This document shows, piece by piece, positions 24,301 to 34,900 of a DNA stretch of 64,000 nt. The translations under genes were made by a program, and so were the position numbers. Under the pieces are notes generated by a model. That model did not search any database. It was not told the origin of the DNA and worked only from the letters and a program-made list of their open reading frames with translations. This DNA is from Leucoraja erinacea (Eukaryota), in NCBI RefSeq assembly GCF_028641065.1, contig NC_073408.1, positions 11,036,001-11,100,000 on the forward strand, given 5' to 3'. The stretch's first letter is position 1. Each line of letters begins with the position of its first letter.

Positions 24301-27300
24301 AACTTGTAATGACTCGGCTATTCATGCATCACATCCGCAGTAGCCTATAACAATAGTCAAAGTAGCAGTATTCAGCGTTATCTTCCAACTGTTTCATTTC
24401 CCAAATAGTTTTATGGTCAGAAATGGAGAACTTTGAATTCATTTCAGATGACTTCACTGTGTCCTTAGCAGTTGTGAATATTATTCCTTGGAATAATTAT
24501 TTCACTTCCTGCTTGTCACAAATAAACTAAACTTTTGTAAATAAACTAATTTCAAACAATTAATCGCTGGCAAGCCCATGCATGGCAGACTCACTGCCTA
24601 TCTTGCAGTTACATTGTTAATATTTTTGAAGTTAAGTCTTGATCTGGAGTCCTGTCAGTGGCTTCCTTTACCAAAGGCTTCCAGAAATCCCACACTTCAA
24701 AGAGGTGATCATCATGGCAACAAACTGTGAGGCATGTGGACACCGGACCAATGAGGTAAATCTTTACTAGTTGGCTCAGGTTTTTAATGTGTGTATATTT
24801 ATTTTACCCCTCCTGTTCTTTATTTCGTAAAGACATTGATTCCCCTCTAATTCTTCCTGTACCCTGAGCCATTCCAGAAGCTAGTGGAGCGTCTGGTGAT
24901 CTTATCCACAGTTACTGACAAAACTAGTGTGGACTAATGAAATTAAGAATAACTATGGGTAACTGGTCTTCCATCACCCATACACAGATTCAAAGATTTG
25001 TAAAGGAGTTGCAGATTTACATGTTCATTGATGTACTTGTGTTTACGCTGTAATAATAAGGAACTTCTTCCTTTGTCCTCGAGTAACCATTAAAATGTAT
25101 TAAACCTCACAGGGGATGTTACTCAGAAAATAGGTGCAGGAGGAGGCCATTTGACCTTTCAAACCTGCACCGCCATTCATTGTGATCACGGCTGATCATC
25201 CACAATCAGTAACCCGTGCCTGCCTTCTCCTCATATCCCTTGATTCCACTAGCCCCATAGAGCTCTAACTCTCTTATAAATTCACCAGTGAATTGGCCTC
25301 TGCTGCCTTCAGTGGCAGAGAATTTCACAAATTCACAACTATGTGAGTGAAAGTTTTTCTCATCTCCGTTTTAAATGGCCTCCCCATTTATTCTTGGTAG
25401 AATTGAGTAGTATGTTGAGTAGAATTATTGACTAGCATATTGGCAAGAGCTGCTAACAATTTGCTTGTGTTCTGATTCTAATCTGGTCAATGCACTGTTC
25501 AATTTATTCTAGTGGGTACTAAACGGGTAGATACAAGTGATCTTTTATGTCCTTCTGTTAAAAGGTGAGAAAACCAATGACCTTTAGTGGCTTGTGTTGC
25601 AATGTTTGCATGCATTGTTGATTGTGTTGCAAATTTTAGTAAAGTAGTCTGCATTGCTCACTGATGTGCCCACAAGGGTACTTGAACGTGGCATTAAAGG
25701 CGAAACACCCACCCAGTGGATGGTACCATCTTCAGGTGAGGGGATTGGGATGAATGAAAGTAAGAAAAGCTGGAATTATACAGTCACATTCATCAGAGTA
25801 TTTTTCTAATTGCAGGTTAAGTCAGGAGGAGCTACTGAAGCTTTGGGTACCAAAATCACACTACGGATTACAGACCCATCAGACCTGACCAGGGACCTGC
25901 TCAAGGTATGCCATCTTTTTAGAGTTCAGTTTTTTAGTAAGATGGGCAACTTACTTGCATTTGTACATTTAACCTGGTTTATAATTTTACATTTATCCCT
26001 AAACTTTTTCAAAATGTTATTTGCAAATGTCCTGTGCGTTTAGTAGCCATGCTTTTAATTATGTCCTTGTTTTCCAGTCTGAAACCTGCTTCGTATCTAT
26101 TCCAGAGCTGGAATTTGAGTTGGGCATGGGACTTCTTGGAGGAAAGTTTACTACCTTGGAAGGACTGTTGACAGATATAAAAGAATTGGTAATTAATTAC
26201 CTTTTATAATCTCATTAACTTTCAGGTGTGAAGTGCAAGGATACATAACAAAGGTTATCGTGGATCCTTGTGCTGCAGCTTTTATGGAAGGGGAAGGGAA
26301 GGCGATCTCCCGGCTGATCAACACTAACTCCGCCGCCCATTCCCATACCTTTCTGTCCTGGCCCTCCTCCACTGTCAGAGTGAGGCCCAATGCAAATTGG
26401 AGGAACAGCACCTCATATTTTGCTTGGGCAGCTTACAACCCAGTGGTATGAATATCAACTTCTCTAACTTCAAGTAAATCTTGCTCTAGATCTTGCCCCC
26501 CCCCCCCCCTCCCCCTGACCCCCTCCCCCTCCCCCTCCCCCTGGATGTGAAGATAGGCCAGCAACATAAAAGGGACCCCTACCACCCCAGCAACGGACTG
26601 TTCTAGCTGCTACTGTCAGGCAAGCGCCTCCGCTGTCATGCTGTGAAAACAGAGACGATGAGACAGAGCTTCTTCCCACAGTAAACTCTTATCTCACCAG
26701 GGACTAATTTACTGTTGTGTTGGGTCTATTTAAAAAAAAAAAATCTAAAATGTAACTACTGGTTCTGTTGTTTTTGCACAATTAGCATGCATTGCCACTT
26801 TCATTTCACTGCATATCTTGTATGTGTATGTGACAAATAATCTAGACTTGACTTGACTTGATGAGAAATGTTTGCAATAATTTATGAAACGAGGCAATAC
26901 CAAATCGTATTATATAAAGTGCATAATCTAAATACTTTCATGTATTTTTAAATATTGTAATTGTACTCTCCTCTACCACACCCTCTGTGGTAGAGGCTCA
27001 TTTTATATGGCCACCATCCTCTGTGTGGAGAAACCTGCCCTTCAATTCTCCTTTAAATCTTTCCCCTCTCAGCTTAAATCAATGCACTCTAGTTTGAGAC
27101 TTCTGTGCCCTAGGGGAAAAAATGAACTATTCACCTCTCTATGTCCCTCGGGGTTTTATAAACATTTGAGGTTTATAAAATCATATCCATGCTCACGTAT
27201 CAGAAGCAAGAATATGAATCCTGAAATATAGGATCAATTCTGCTCAATTTGTAGCAGAAATCTATGAAATGTTCCACTGACACAGTGAGCAGTGTAATCT

Positions 27301-29084
27301 TGGAGTGAGAGAGGATAATAGAACATTATAATTCTAGTGATCTTGCAAGAGTTTTATTGAAGTAGTGGCAGTAAGGCACTCGCCTACCGGCAAGAACATA
27401 GGAACAAGGGAGCAAATGGAAAAACTATAAGGTTACTTGTGAATCAACGTTTTTGTTTTGTTAAAAATTGTTAACAATATGATAGCTTTTGTGGATTGAA
27501 ACACTGAAAAAAGGCTTTCATATTTTCTTCTTTGTATTAGATTGTGGCAAAGAACCCATTTTATGGAGGAGACAGCAATGTTCCTGAAAAATATGTGCAA
27601 CTTAAAGAATTTGCAGATAAGTTGAATGAGGTAAAGTTTTTATTTACATTTTGTGTTTATAAACAAAAATTAAAAAATCCAAGTAAACGAATGATGTATA
27701 AAAAAACAACAGCTGGGAGAACTTGGCTTTGGGATCAGACAGCATCCATGGAGGGAAATGGACAGCGCGTTTCAGGTCGGGACCCTTCTTCAGACTGAAA
27801 CGTCCTCTGCCCATGTCCCTTCACAGATGCTGCTTGACTACCTAAGGTCCTCCAGCAGTTTATTTTCGTACAAGATTCCAGCATATACAGTCTCTTGTGT
27901 TTCCAAAGTAATGTAGATATCCAGTTCTGTTTACTCAGAATATGCACAATGGCAGAATGTCACTGTAAAACTGCAACTGAGTATTGCTGCAGTTCATCGT
28001 ATGAATGAAGTCTGGCGGGTACACTGATTACACTGGAAGCTAGTACCAAACCAAGGACCGGTGATTACCTTGCTTAAAAATAATATATCATAACAAGAGT
28101 AACTGTGGTGATTGCAACGTTTGTACTTTTCCTCATGATTGGGCTTTATGTGAAACATGTTCCTAATTCTAGCAGTATAATGTTTACAGGACTTTCTGTT
28201 CTTCTGTAAAGGACAGTCAAACAAAGCAAATTGTAAAGTGAGGGGGCCTGGTACCTGCCACTGTAGCTGCTCACAAAGAAAAGAAAATCTTTGACAGCTC
28301 AATAAACCTCCACTTGTACTTGGTGATAGAATAACGAAAATGGTTCAAGCCCATGCATCTTAAATCCCAGCTGGGTATGACTAAAACTGGTTCTGAGCCA
28401 GTTCACTGTATCCATTTTGTCCCCTTTTATCATATATTCATCCATCATATATTTCACTGTGATTATGAGCCATTTGTCCATAGTAATCTGGATTGAACAA
28501 TCTTCTATTAATTCTGCAAGATTATTAAAACCATTGTTGATGCTTCCTTTTGGATTTGGTACAATCTCGTGATGTTGTACTGAATCAATTCATTATATCT
28601 GAAGTTGAAATGCCGGGTTCTATACGCACCTGGAAAGGGTGACCCACTTCAAAGAATGTCACATTTTTCATTCATCTGGATTCCTCAATTGCATGTAGCT
28701 GTGTTATTTTTTTATTTTTTGTGGAGCATTTTGATATTTTTGTGCTTGTAATAAACATTTTGAATTATGATATACCTTCAGATTATGCTGATTAAAAAAG
28801 AAGCTCACCTTATTCTTGATGATCCAGCTGGAAACAGTTATCTCCAGGCAAGTACTAATGCAATTACTTCAATGATGTAAAAACAGGACGCTTGAGCAAA
28901 CGGTGGAAAAGCAAATGGTTTTTTTCTCCTGTCATTACTAATGTTGAATGTTTTTTTCCCTCTGCAGAATTTGTATGCCCCAGATCCTGATCCAGAAATG
29001 AAGATTGAGAAATATGAGCGCACGTTTGAACATAATGAGACACTTGGTTTGAATGACATGAAAACTGAAAATTATCAGCAGTAG
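15212..29084 (+). CDS. ZPR1: Zinc finger protein ZPR1 (ZNF259), 14 coding exons, 441 aa
   Basis: Exons 15212-15337, 16299-16460, 18405-18495, 18890-18960, 19600-19686, 20525-20647, 22425-22478, 22681-22747, 24685-24755, 25816-25905, 26078-26188, 27541-27630, 28782-28847, 28968-29084 join in frame (1326 nt). Two C4 zinc fingers (ESLCMNC..CENCG; TNCPEC..CEACG) and [17 protein letters not shown] motifs. Confidence 0.97.
15380..15790 (+). repeat. G-rich degenerate minisatellite in ZPR1 intron 1
   Basis: About a dozen variants of cctggcattaat-gggagggtgag at ~25-40 nt spacing. Confidence 0.7.
16299..16460 (+). CDS. ZPR1: ZPR1 exon 2
   Basis: [30 protein letters not shown]|gtgagc. Confidence 0.95.
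16802..17105 (+). mobile_element. CR1/HER1-like LINE 3' end
   Basis: [27 protein letters not shown]..; 3' UTR ggccaaatggcctactcctgcacct. Confidence 0.8.
18405..18495 (+). CDS. ZPR1: ZPR1 exon 3
   Basis: [30 protein letters not shown]|gtaag. Confidence 0.95.
18890..18960 (+). CDS. ZPR1: ZPR1 exon 4
   Basis: [23 protein letters not shown]|gtaag. Confidence 0.95.
19600..19686 (+). CDS. ZPR1: ZPR1 exon 5
   Basis: [29 protein letters not shown]|gtaa. Confidence 0.93.
19813..20478 (+). mobile_element. Tc1-like DNA transposon 5' fragment (TIR plus truncated transposase) in ZPR1 intron 5
   Basis: TA|CAGTGCTTTCAGAAAGTATTCAC terminus; ATG at 20205 gives [73 protein letters not shown] (paired-like HTH, GRPR-like motif). 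Confidence 0.88.
20525..20647 (+). CDS. ZPR1: ZPR1 exon 6
   Basis: [27 protein letters not shown]|gtagg. Confidence 0.95.
21250..22110 (+). mobile_element. Old degenerate CR1-like LINE fragment
   Basis: Remnants of PQGSVLGP and YCVQFWSP-like segments and a CR1-like 3' UTR. Confidence 0.55.
22425..22478 (+). CDS. ZPR1: ZPR1 exon 7
   Basis: [18 protein letters not shown]|gtaag. Confidence 0.9.
22681..22747 (+). CDS. ZPR1: ZPR1 exon 8
   Basis: [22 protein letters not shown]|GTATCCTTT (U12 donor). Confidence 0.95.
22748..24684 (+). other. ZPR1: U12-type (minor spliceosome) GT-AG intron of ZPR1
   Basis: Donor GTATCCTTT; branch-point-like TTCCTTTAC at 24663-24671, ~13 nt before the CAG acceptor. 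Confidence 0.88.
24685..24755 (+). CDS. ZPR1: ZPR1 exon 9
   Basis: (Q)[23 protein letters not shown]|gtaa. Confidence 0.95.
25125..25395 (-). mobile_element. CR1/HER1-like LINE 3' end
   Basis: Reverse complement of the 16802-17105 type sequence. Confidence 0.7.
25816..25905 (+). CDS. ZPR1: ZPR1 exon 10
   Basis: [30 protein letters not shown]|gtatg. Confidence 0.95.
26078..26188 (+). CDS. ZPR1: ZPR1 exon 11
   Basis: [37 protein letters not shown]|gtaat. Confidence 0.95.
26320..26477 (+). mobile_element. Penelope-like element GIY-YIG endonuclease C-terminal remnant
   Basis: ..[37 protein letters not shown] pattern. Confidence 0.65.
26580..26860 (+). mobile_element. Rex1-like LINE 3' end
   Basis: Similar to 6280-6592; (GACTT)3 tail. 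Confidence 0.75.
27541..27630 (+). CDS. ZPR1: ZPR1 exon 12
   Basis: [30 protein letters not shown]|gtaaag. Confidence 0.93.
28782..28847 (+). CDS. ZPR1: ZPR1 exon 13 (GC donor)
   Basis: [22 protein letters not shown]|gcaagt. Confidence 0.92.
28968..29084 (+). CDS. ZPR1: ZPR1 exon 14
   Basis: [38 protein letters not shown]. Confidence 0.95.
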   Translation, partial: NLYAPDPDPEMKIEKYERTFEHNETLGLNDMKTENYQQ

Positions 29085-29796
29085 CAGTTTGCATAAATAG
29101 TGCAGGAACCATTTGGATTGAGACCAGGTTGAAGTGGAAGAGACAATGTGACATTTTCAAGATGTGTTCTTGTCAAAGGAACCCTATTTAAGTAAAGGAC
29201 GAGACATTGGATTATTTATAGAGGAACGTGACATGAATCTGAACATGTTCAAACAAGATACAAACCAAAATTCCTGAACATTTGCGTGGTGTGTGTTGGA
29301 AGAAGGTTTTTTTCTGGGGCATGTACCCAATCATCTTTTCTGCTCCATTCCTCTCCTGTTTGGGGAGAAGGTCTCTGTATATTTCCTGATCGGGGTGAAA
29401 GGAGAGGAACTTTTGGGCAATGACCTACTCGCTGCATCCAAAATGCAACCATCCTACATAATTCTGCTGGGAGACTTTATGCAATTTGATTTCCAAGAAC
29501 TATTTCACAGACTTAATCTTGAATAACCTTATTCAAACTTTTTATTTCACAAGTCCCAAAATGGGACATATCTTAAAGACGTGGCTGAAAGGTGGTATCC
29601 ACATTATTTGCTAATTTGCCTATTTAAATGTGTGAAAAATCCCAAGTCTGGACAGGGAACATTCATTAATACAAAGTGGAAAAATTGCAGATGTTGGGAT
29701 AGTCTGAAACCAAAACAATAAGATGCTGCATACTTGAATCGTGTAGCATCTTTACATTTTTATGTCAGTTTGAAACAATTTGTTCCTATTTCGACT

Positions 29797-29802
29797 AATA
29801 AA
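29797..29802 (+). terminator. Candidate ZPR1 polyadenylation signal
   Basis: AATAAA followed by a GT/T-rich tract; second AATAAA at ~29921. Confidence 0.45.
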
Positions 29803-30743
29803 TGTTCCCTATGTTCCTAGTTTTGTTGTAACTTTTCATACCCTTTGAAATTGTAAATTTCAGCCACAAGGGATTTCATAAATATCTGTAGCTTTTTCTC
29901 AGCTGGCAAAAACAAATCTAAATAAAATGCGTTAGTGATCAAAATTACCAATGGAAGGTGTTAAAAGAGACTCGACTGAATTTCCAGTCTGTATGGAAGG
30001 GTGACTTCTGTCTGGTCCACTAGGTAAAAGATGTATGAACATTAATGGCTTTGACTTGGTCATATTATTCTGTTTTGTAATTGAGGAGAAAAGGGGATGG
30101 TTGGTATTGAAAAGGCTTTAGTCCTTTGGAATCTTGTCATCAAGACTGAATTTCTGTAATTTGTTTCATGTTGGCATTTGAGGCTCTTTCCCTACAATGA
30201 TCATTATTGCGCATAATATGAACATTCCAGATTGTTCTATTTCAGAGGAAGAAAAAAGAAATAAATCCAATATTAGGAACTGGAAAAGGGGGACCTCTAC
30301 TCCTTGAATTAAACATGCTTGAAGTTTGAATGAAAAGGGCATCTTTGTTTAATTTGCCCAATTAGACATGTTAGTCTGATCTGATCCTTCGAATCAGTTT
30401 AATTTTAGTATAATGTAATCTTTGAATACCTCCTATCGCTCATAACTATTGATCTCTACAAAGAGGCAAAAGATCAGACCATATGGGAAAGATTCTCATT
30501 AAGGTGAGTACAGGTGGTGACTTACATGGCAACATATTCCAACAAACCATTGACTTTTACGTATAGAAGATTTCAATCACTCAAACTTGTGCAGCTCCTT
30601 TTTGAAAAATCATTGATTTCATTTTAAAATGATTTAATATGAACCACGTCATCTTATTCATTAAAAAAAATCTAAAACATAGGGTTGGAAATTGCCAATA
30701 TATACTTCTTAATAAGCCTTGTAAATATTTTTGTACTAATTTT

Positions 30744-31045
30744 GGGCAGCACAATGGTGTAGCTGGTAGTGCTGCTTCCTCACAACTCGGGTTAGATCCT
30801 GATCTGGGATGCTCTGTCTGTGTGGAGTTTGCATAGTCTCCGTGTGACAGCGTGGGTTTCCTCTGGGTGCTCCAGATTCCTCCCACATCCCAAAGACATG
30901 CGGGTTTGTAGTTTAATTGGCCACGGTAAATTACCCCTCGTGAGTGTAGCAAGTGGATGAGAAAGTGGAATAACAGACTTAGTGTGAATGGGTGATCGAT
31001 GGTCAGCATGTATTCCGTGGGCCAAAGTGCCTTTTTCCATGCTAT
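30744..31045 (+). mobile_element. HE1/V-SINE-like SINE
   Basis: gggcagcacaatggtg.. cccacatcccaaagacatgcgggtttgtag.. gtgggccaaagtgcctttttccatgct. Confidence 0.75.
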
Positions 31046-31662
31046 CGAAACAAAGATGCTAACTGATCAAACTTCCTGATTGTATCCATGGATTCTTCAC
31101 ACTTTTGAATTCTTCTTTCTGTTGACTTTCTGATTGGTGTTTAAAAAAAAAAAACCTTGTAATTGGTGCCTTATGCATTCTCAATTTATACACAACAAAT
31201 TTCCTCAAGTGAGAGTTGTGGTTATTCATTAATTATGCTGATTCTGAAAATTTAAAACAAAAACAATGCTGGAAGCACTATGGTCAAGCAGTATCTATGG
31301 TGAGAGAAACCGATTCACTTTTTTGTGAAGTTCTGAGAAAAGTGAGAAAACGCCTTTTAAGTTGTGGAGAGAGCAGGGAATGTCTGTTAAGGTGTGGACA
31401 GAAGTTTAGTTTAGAGATACAACATGGAAACTCCCACGTTAATAAAATTTGCAAGAATGAAGGGGTTCTGCAAAGTTGTTATCCAATCTACGTATAAGTG
31501 AAACGGTAAACTACTTTAATTCTGAAATAAAAGGAATAAAACACACTGATTAAATTATTCACGGTCATTGGGATTGTTATTTTGTCATTACTTTTTGCCA
31601 AAAGATAAAACCAGATCATGTAAAACTCCAGAACCATGAGAAATTCCAATGTCTCCTTCACT

Positions 31663-31787
31663 AAGATGGCGAAGGTGCCTTTTATATGGAGATGATGATG
31701 GCTCTCTCCTTGACCAAGATGGCGTTGCGAAGACGTCATGACGCCAACGTTGCTTAGGTGACGGGCGCGGTGCTGGTTGGGATTGTC
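31663..31787 (+). promoter_or_regulatory. BUD13 CpG promoter with YY1 and CRE-like motifs
   Basis: AAGATGGCG at 31663-31671 and 31716-31724; GACGTCATGACG at 31732-31743; CpG-rich, directly upstream of the ATG. Confidence 0.55.
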
Positions 31788-31912
31788 ATGGCGGCGCTCA
31801 GCAGAGAGGAGTATTTGAAGCGGTACCTCAGCAGCTCCGAGTCCGGGAAGCGGGGGGACAGGGAGCTTCCGGCCGGGAGGAAAAAGAGAAAAGCGAAGAT
31901 CAAAGCCGGGGG
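31788..31912 (+). CDS. BUD13: BUD13 exon 1
   Basis: [27 protein letters not shown]|gtgag. Confidence 0.93.
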
Positions 31913-34900
31913 GTGAGAAGCAGCGCTGCCCCCTCCCCCCCTCCCTCCTTTCAGTTGCCGAGGCCCGCGGCTGCGACCGGTTAATGGTGTCAGCAACGGC
32001 CCATGTTTAGGCGCAGGACTGGGGGAGAGGCAGTTATAACTCTTCACTATAAACGTAGCTCCTATGTCGTGAACGGTAACCCTTATACTGGACGCAATTC
32101 AGCCCAGGATTTGCCCTCGTGTGCAGTTGTTCTGTTTCAAATACAAACTCTGAAGAAGGGTCTCGACCCAAACCCGAAACGTCACCCATTACTTCTCTCC
32201 AGAGATGCTGCCTGTCCCACTGAGTTACTCCCGCTTTTTGTGTCTATCTGGTTTGAACCAGCATCTGCAGTTCCTTCCTACACACTTCCCTCATTAAAAT
32301 ATATACAAGAAATACCGTGCAATTCCACACAGCTACTTTACTCAGAGAGTGGTAGCTGTGTGGAATGAGCTTCCAGTGAAGGTGGTGGAGGCAGGTTCGT
32401 TTTTATCATTTAAAAATAAATTGGATAGTTATATGGACGGGAAAGGAATGGAGGGTTATGGTCTGAGTGCAGGTAGATGGTACTAGGGGAGAATACGTGT
32501 TTGGCGCGGACTAGAAGGGCCGAGATGGCCTGTTTCCGTGCTGTAATTGTTATATGGTTATAATCAGCACGTCATACTATTTACAAATCACCAATGCCAT
32601 TCATTTGTTTCAGAAAGAACTGCAGGAGCTGGAAAAATCAAAGGTAGACAAGAATGCTGGAGAAACTCAGCAGGTGAGGCAGCACCCGCTGAGTTTCTCC
32701 AGCATTTTTGTCTAATGCCATTCGTCTGGCCTCTTTGAACAATATACCCTTCAAGTGTTTGAAGGACTGTTACCCAGGACTCTGTCCCTCACTGTTTAAG
32801 GACTTAAACTTTAGAGTATACAAGGAACTTCAGATGCTAGAATCTTGAGCAAAACACTGGAGTGCTTGAGTAATTCAGTGAGTCAGGCAGTATCTGCGGA
32901 GAGAATGGATAGGCAACATTTTCAGGACGGGGACCTTCTTCAGACAGATTGTGGCATGGGGGAAGAAAGCATAGTAATAGGTCGATTTTTATTTCGCTAT
33001 TTAAAGATTTTTCTTACTAAACATTTGTATGATGTGGTTCTGACATAAGCTCACAATAAGCTGAAAATCTCACCTTGTTATCATTACACAGAATGCGGAT
33101 TGTGGATGATGATGTGACTTGGAAGAGCCTTGCGACAGACGAAAATACATTGGAGGTGGAGTCTGGTGATGATGATGATGAAGCTCCTGTGGTATGTATA
33201 GGCAGATACATTTACTCCTGGAAATTGCTTTCTGCCTTAAGGCTTACTTGGCACATCATAACATGGCAAACTCAAATAGTATTTTTAATAGTAGTCTGAA
33301 AGATTGCTGCTAACTGAATGGTGCAGGAAGCATAGTATTGAAACATGTGCTGCATCCATTTGACCAATTCCAAAATATATTATTTTTCTCTACCAAATGT
33401 CTTTCCAAAGTATCCTCATCAAAAGTTAGCTTTTTTTTTTAACTTTATTATTTTCACGTGATCCAAGATACATTTAAAAGGTTTTTGTTGCATGCTATCC
33501 AGTCAATTAAAATACCTATACACAATTACAATCAAGCCGTTCACAGTGTACAGATCGGGATAAAGGGTATAACATTTAGTTCAAGATAAAGTCTGATTAA
33601 GGATAGTTGAAAGGTCCCCAATGAGGTAGATGGGAGGTCAGGACCACACTCTAGCTGGTGAGAGGACTGTTCAGTTGCCTCATAATAGCTTGGAAGAAAC
33701 TGTCCCTGAATCTGGATGTATGCATTTTCAAACTTCTGTACCTCTTGCCTGATTGGAGAGGGGAGTGACAGGGTGAGGCTGGTCCTTGGTTATGCTGCTG
33801 GACTTGTCGAAGCGTGATGTGTAGATGGAATCCATGGAAGGGAGGTTGGTGTGCGTGATGGTCTGGGTTACATCCGCAACTCCCTGTAATTTCTTGTATG
33901 GTTGAGAGCAAAATGACGAAAGGCAAGAGAAGGATTGTTTTATTTCAGTGAATTGGGATGATGTATAAAAAATTACCTGAGATGTGTTGGAGCAAATTCA
34001 ACACAATAATATTTATGTTGTGCTTTTGTACTTTCCTGGAATTGTTTCAACTGATAACCATGGCTTCTTGAGGCAAAAATGATCCTCTATGCCCACTCCA
34101 TCTCTGCTTTATCCACTCCTCCTGATATCAATCCCTTGGGAAGAGGACAGATGAACAATCCATTCCCTTAGTATTTGTCAGCTTTGCACATGAGAAAGCT
34201 GCAAAGGACTTTTGGATGGTCCTGGTATGATTCCCTTTAAAGCTAATTTCTCTTTATGTTAGGAAATCCCTTGAGTTTGTGAATTATCCTGCCTTTGTTA
34301 TGACGTGGCACATTTTTCTGAGCATACTCCTTGAGTCCTAGCTAAAGTGGAGCACATTTTATATTTGCCATGAACTTGACAACAGAAGAGAAAGTGTGCT
34401 GATTGATCTAGCAGCTATTCATGATAACGTAGCAATGATTTATGCCCCAGTACATGTTAGCTTTGACCTGATGCTTCTCAAAGTAGGGATGTCACAAAAT
34501 TTTGAGGTTAAAAATCAAGCCTGTAATTTTGTCCCATCAAGTAAAGCATCAAAAACCTTTAATTTGATACCCAATTAACTTTCATATCTCCAGTAATAAA
34601 AAAGTATTGTCATTTTCATACTCGGAAATTAGCATCTTGTTCCCTATTGTTTTTCCATTAACTTAACACAAAAGCTGTGATCGAGAGCAAGGGCTGTTTA
34701 CACAGACATGTGTTCAAAATCCTCAAACATCCACTCCCAAGATAATCAAAATTATTTTTTGCACAATCATGTCATAACATCTTAATTATCCGTATTTTGT
34801 GTAATTGTCTATCCATGATGAATATTTTCATACGAATATCTGACTAAAAACGTCCACAGTACATACAGATATCGAGGCCAAAATAACTTACTTTGCATCA

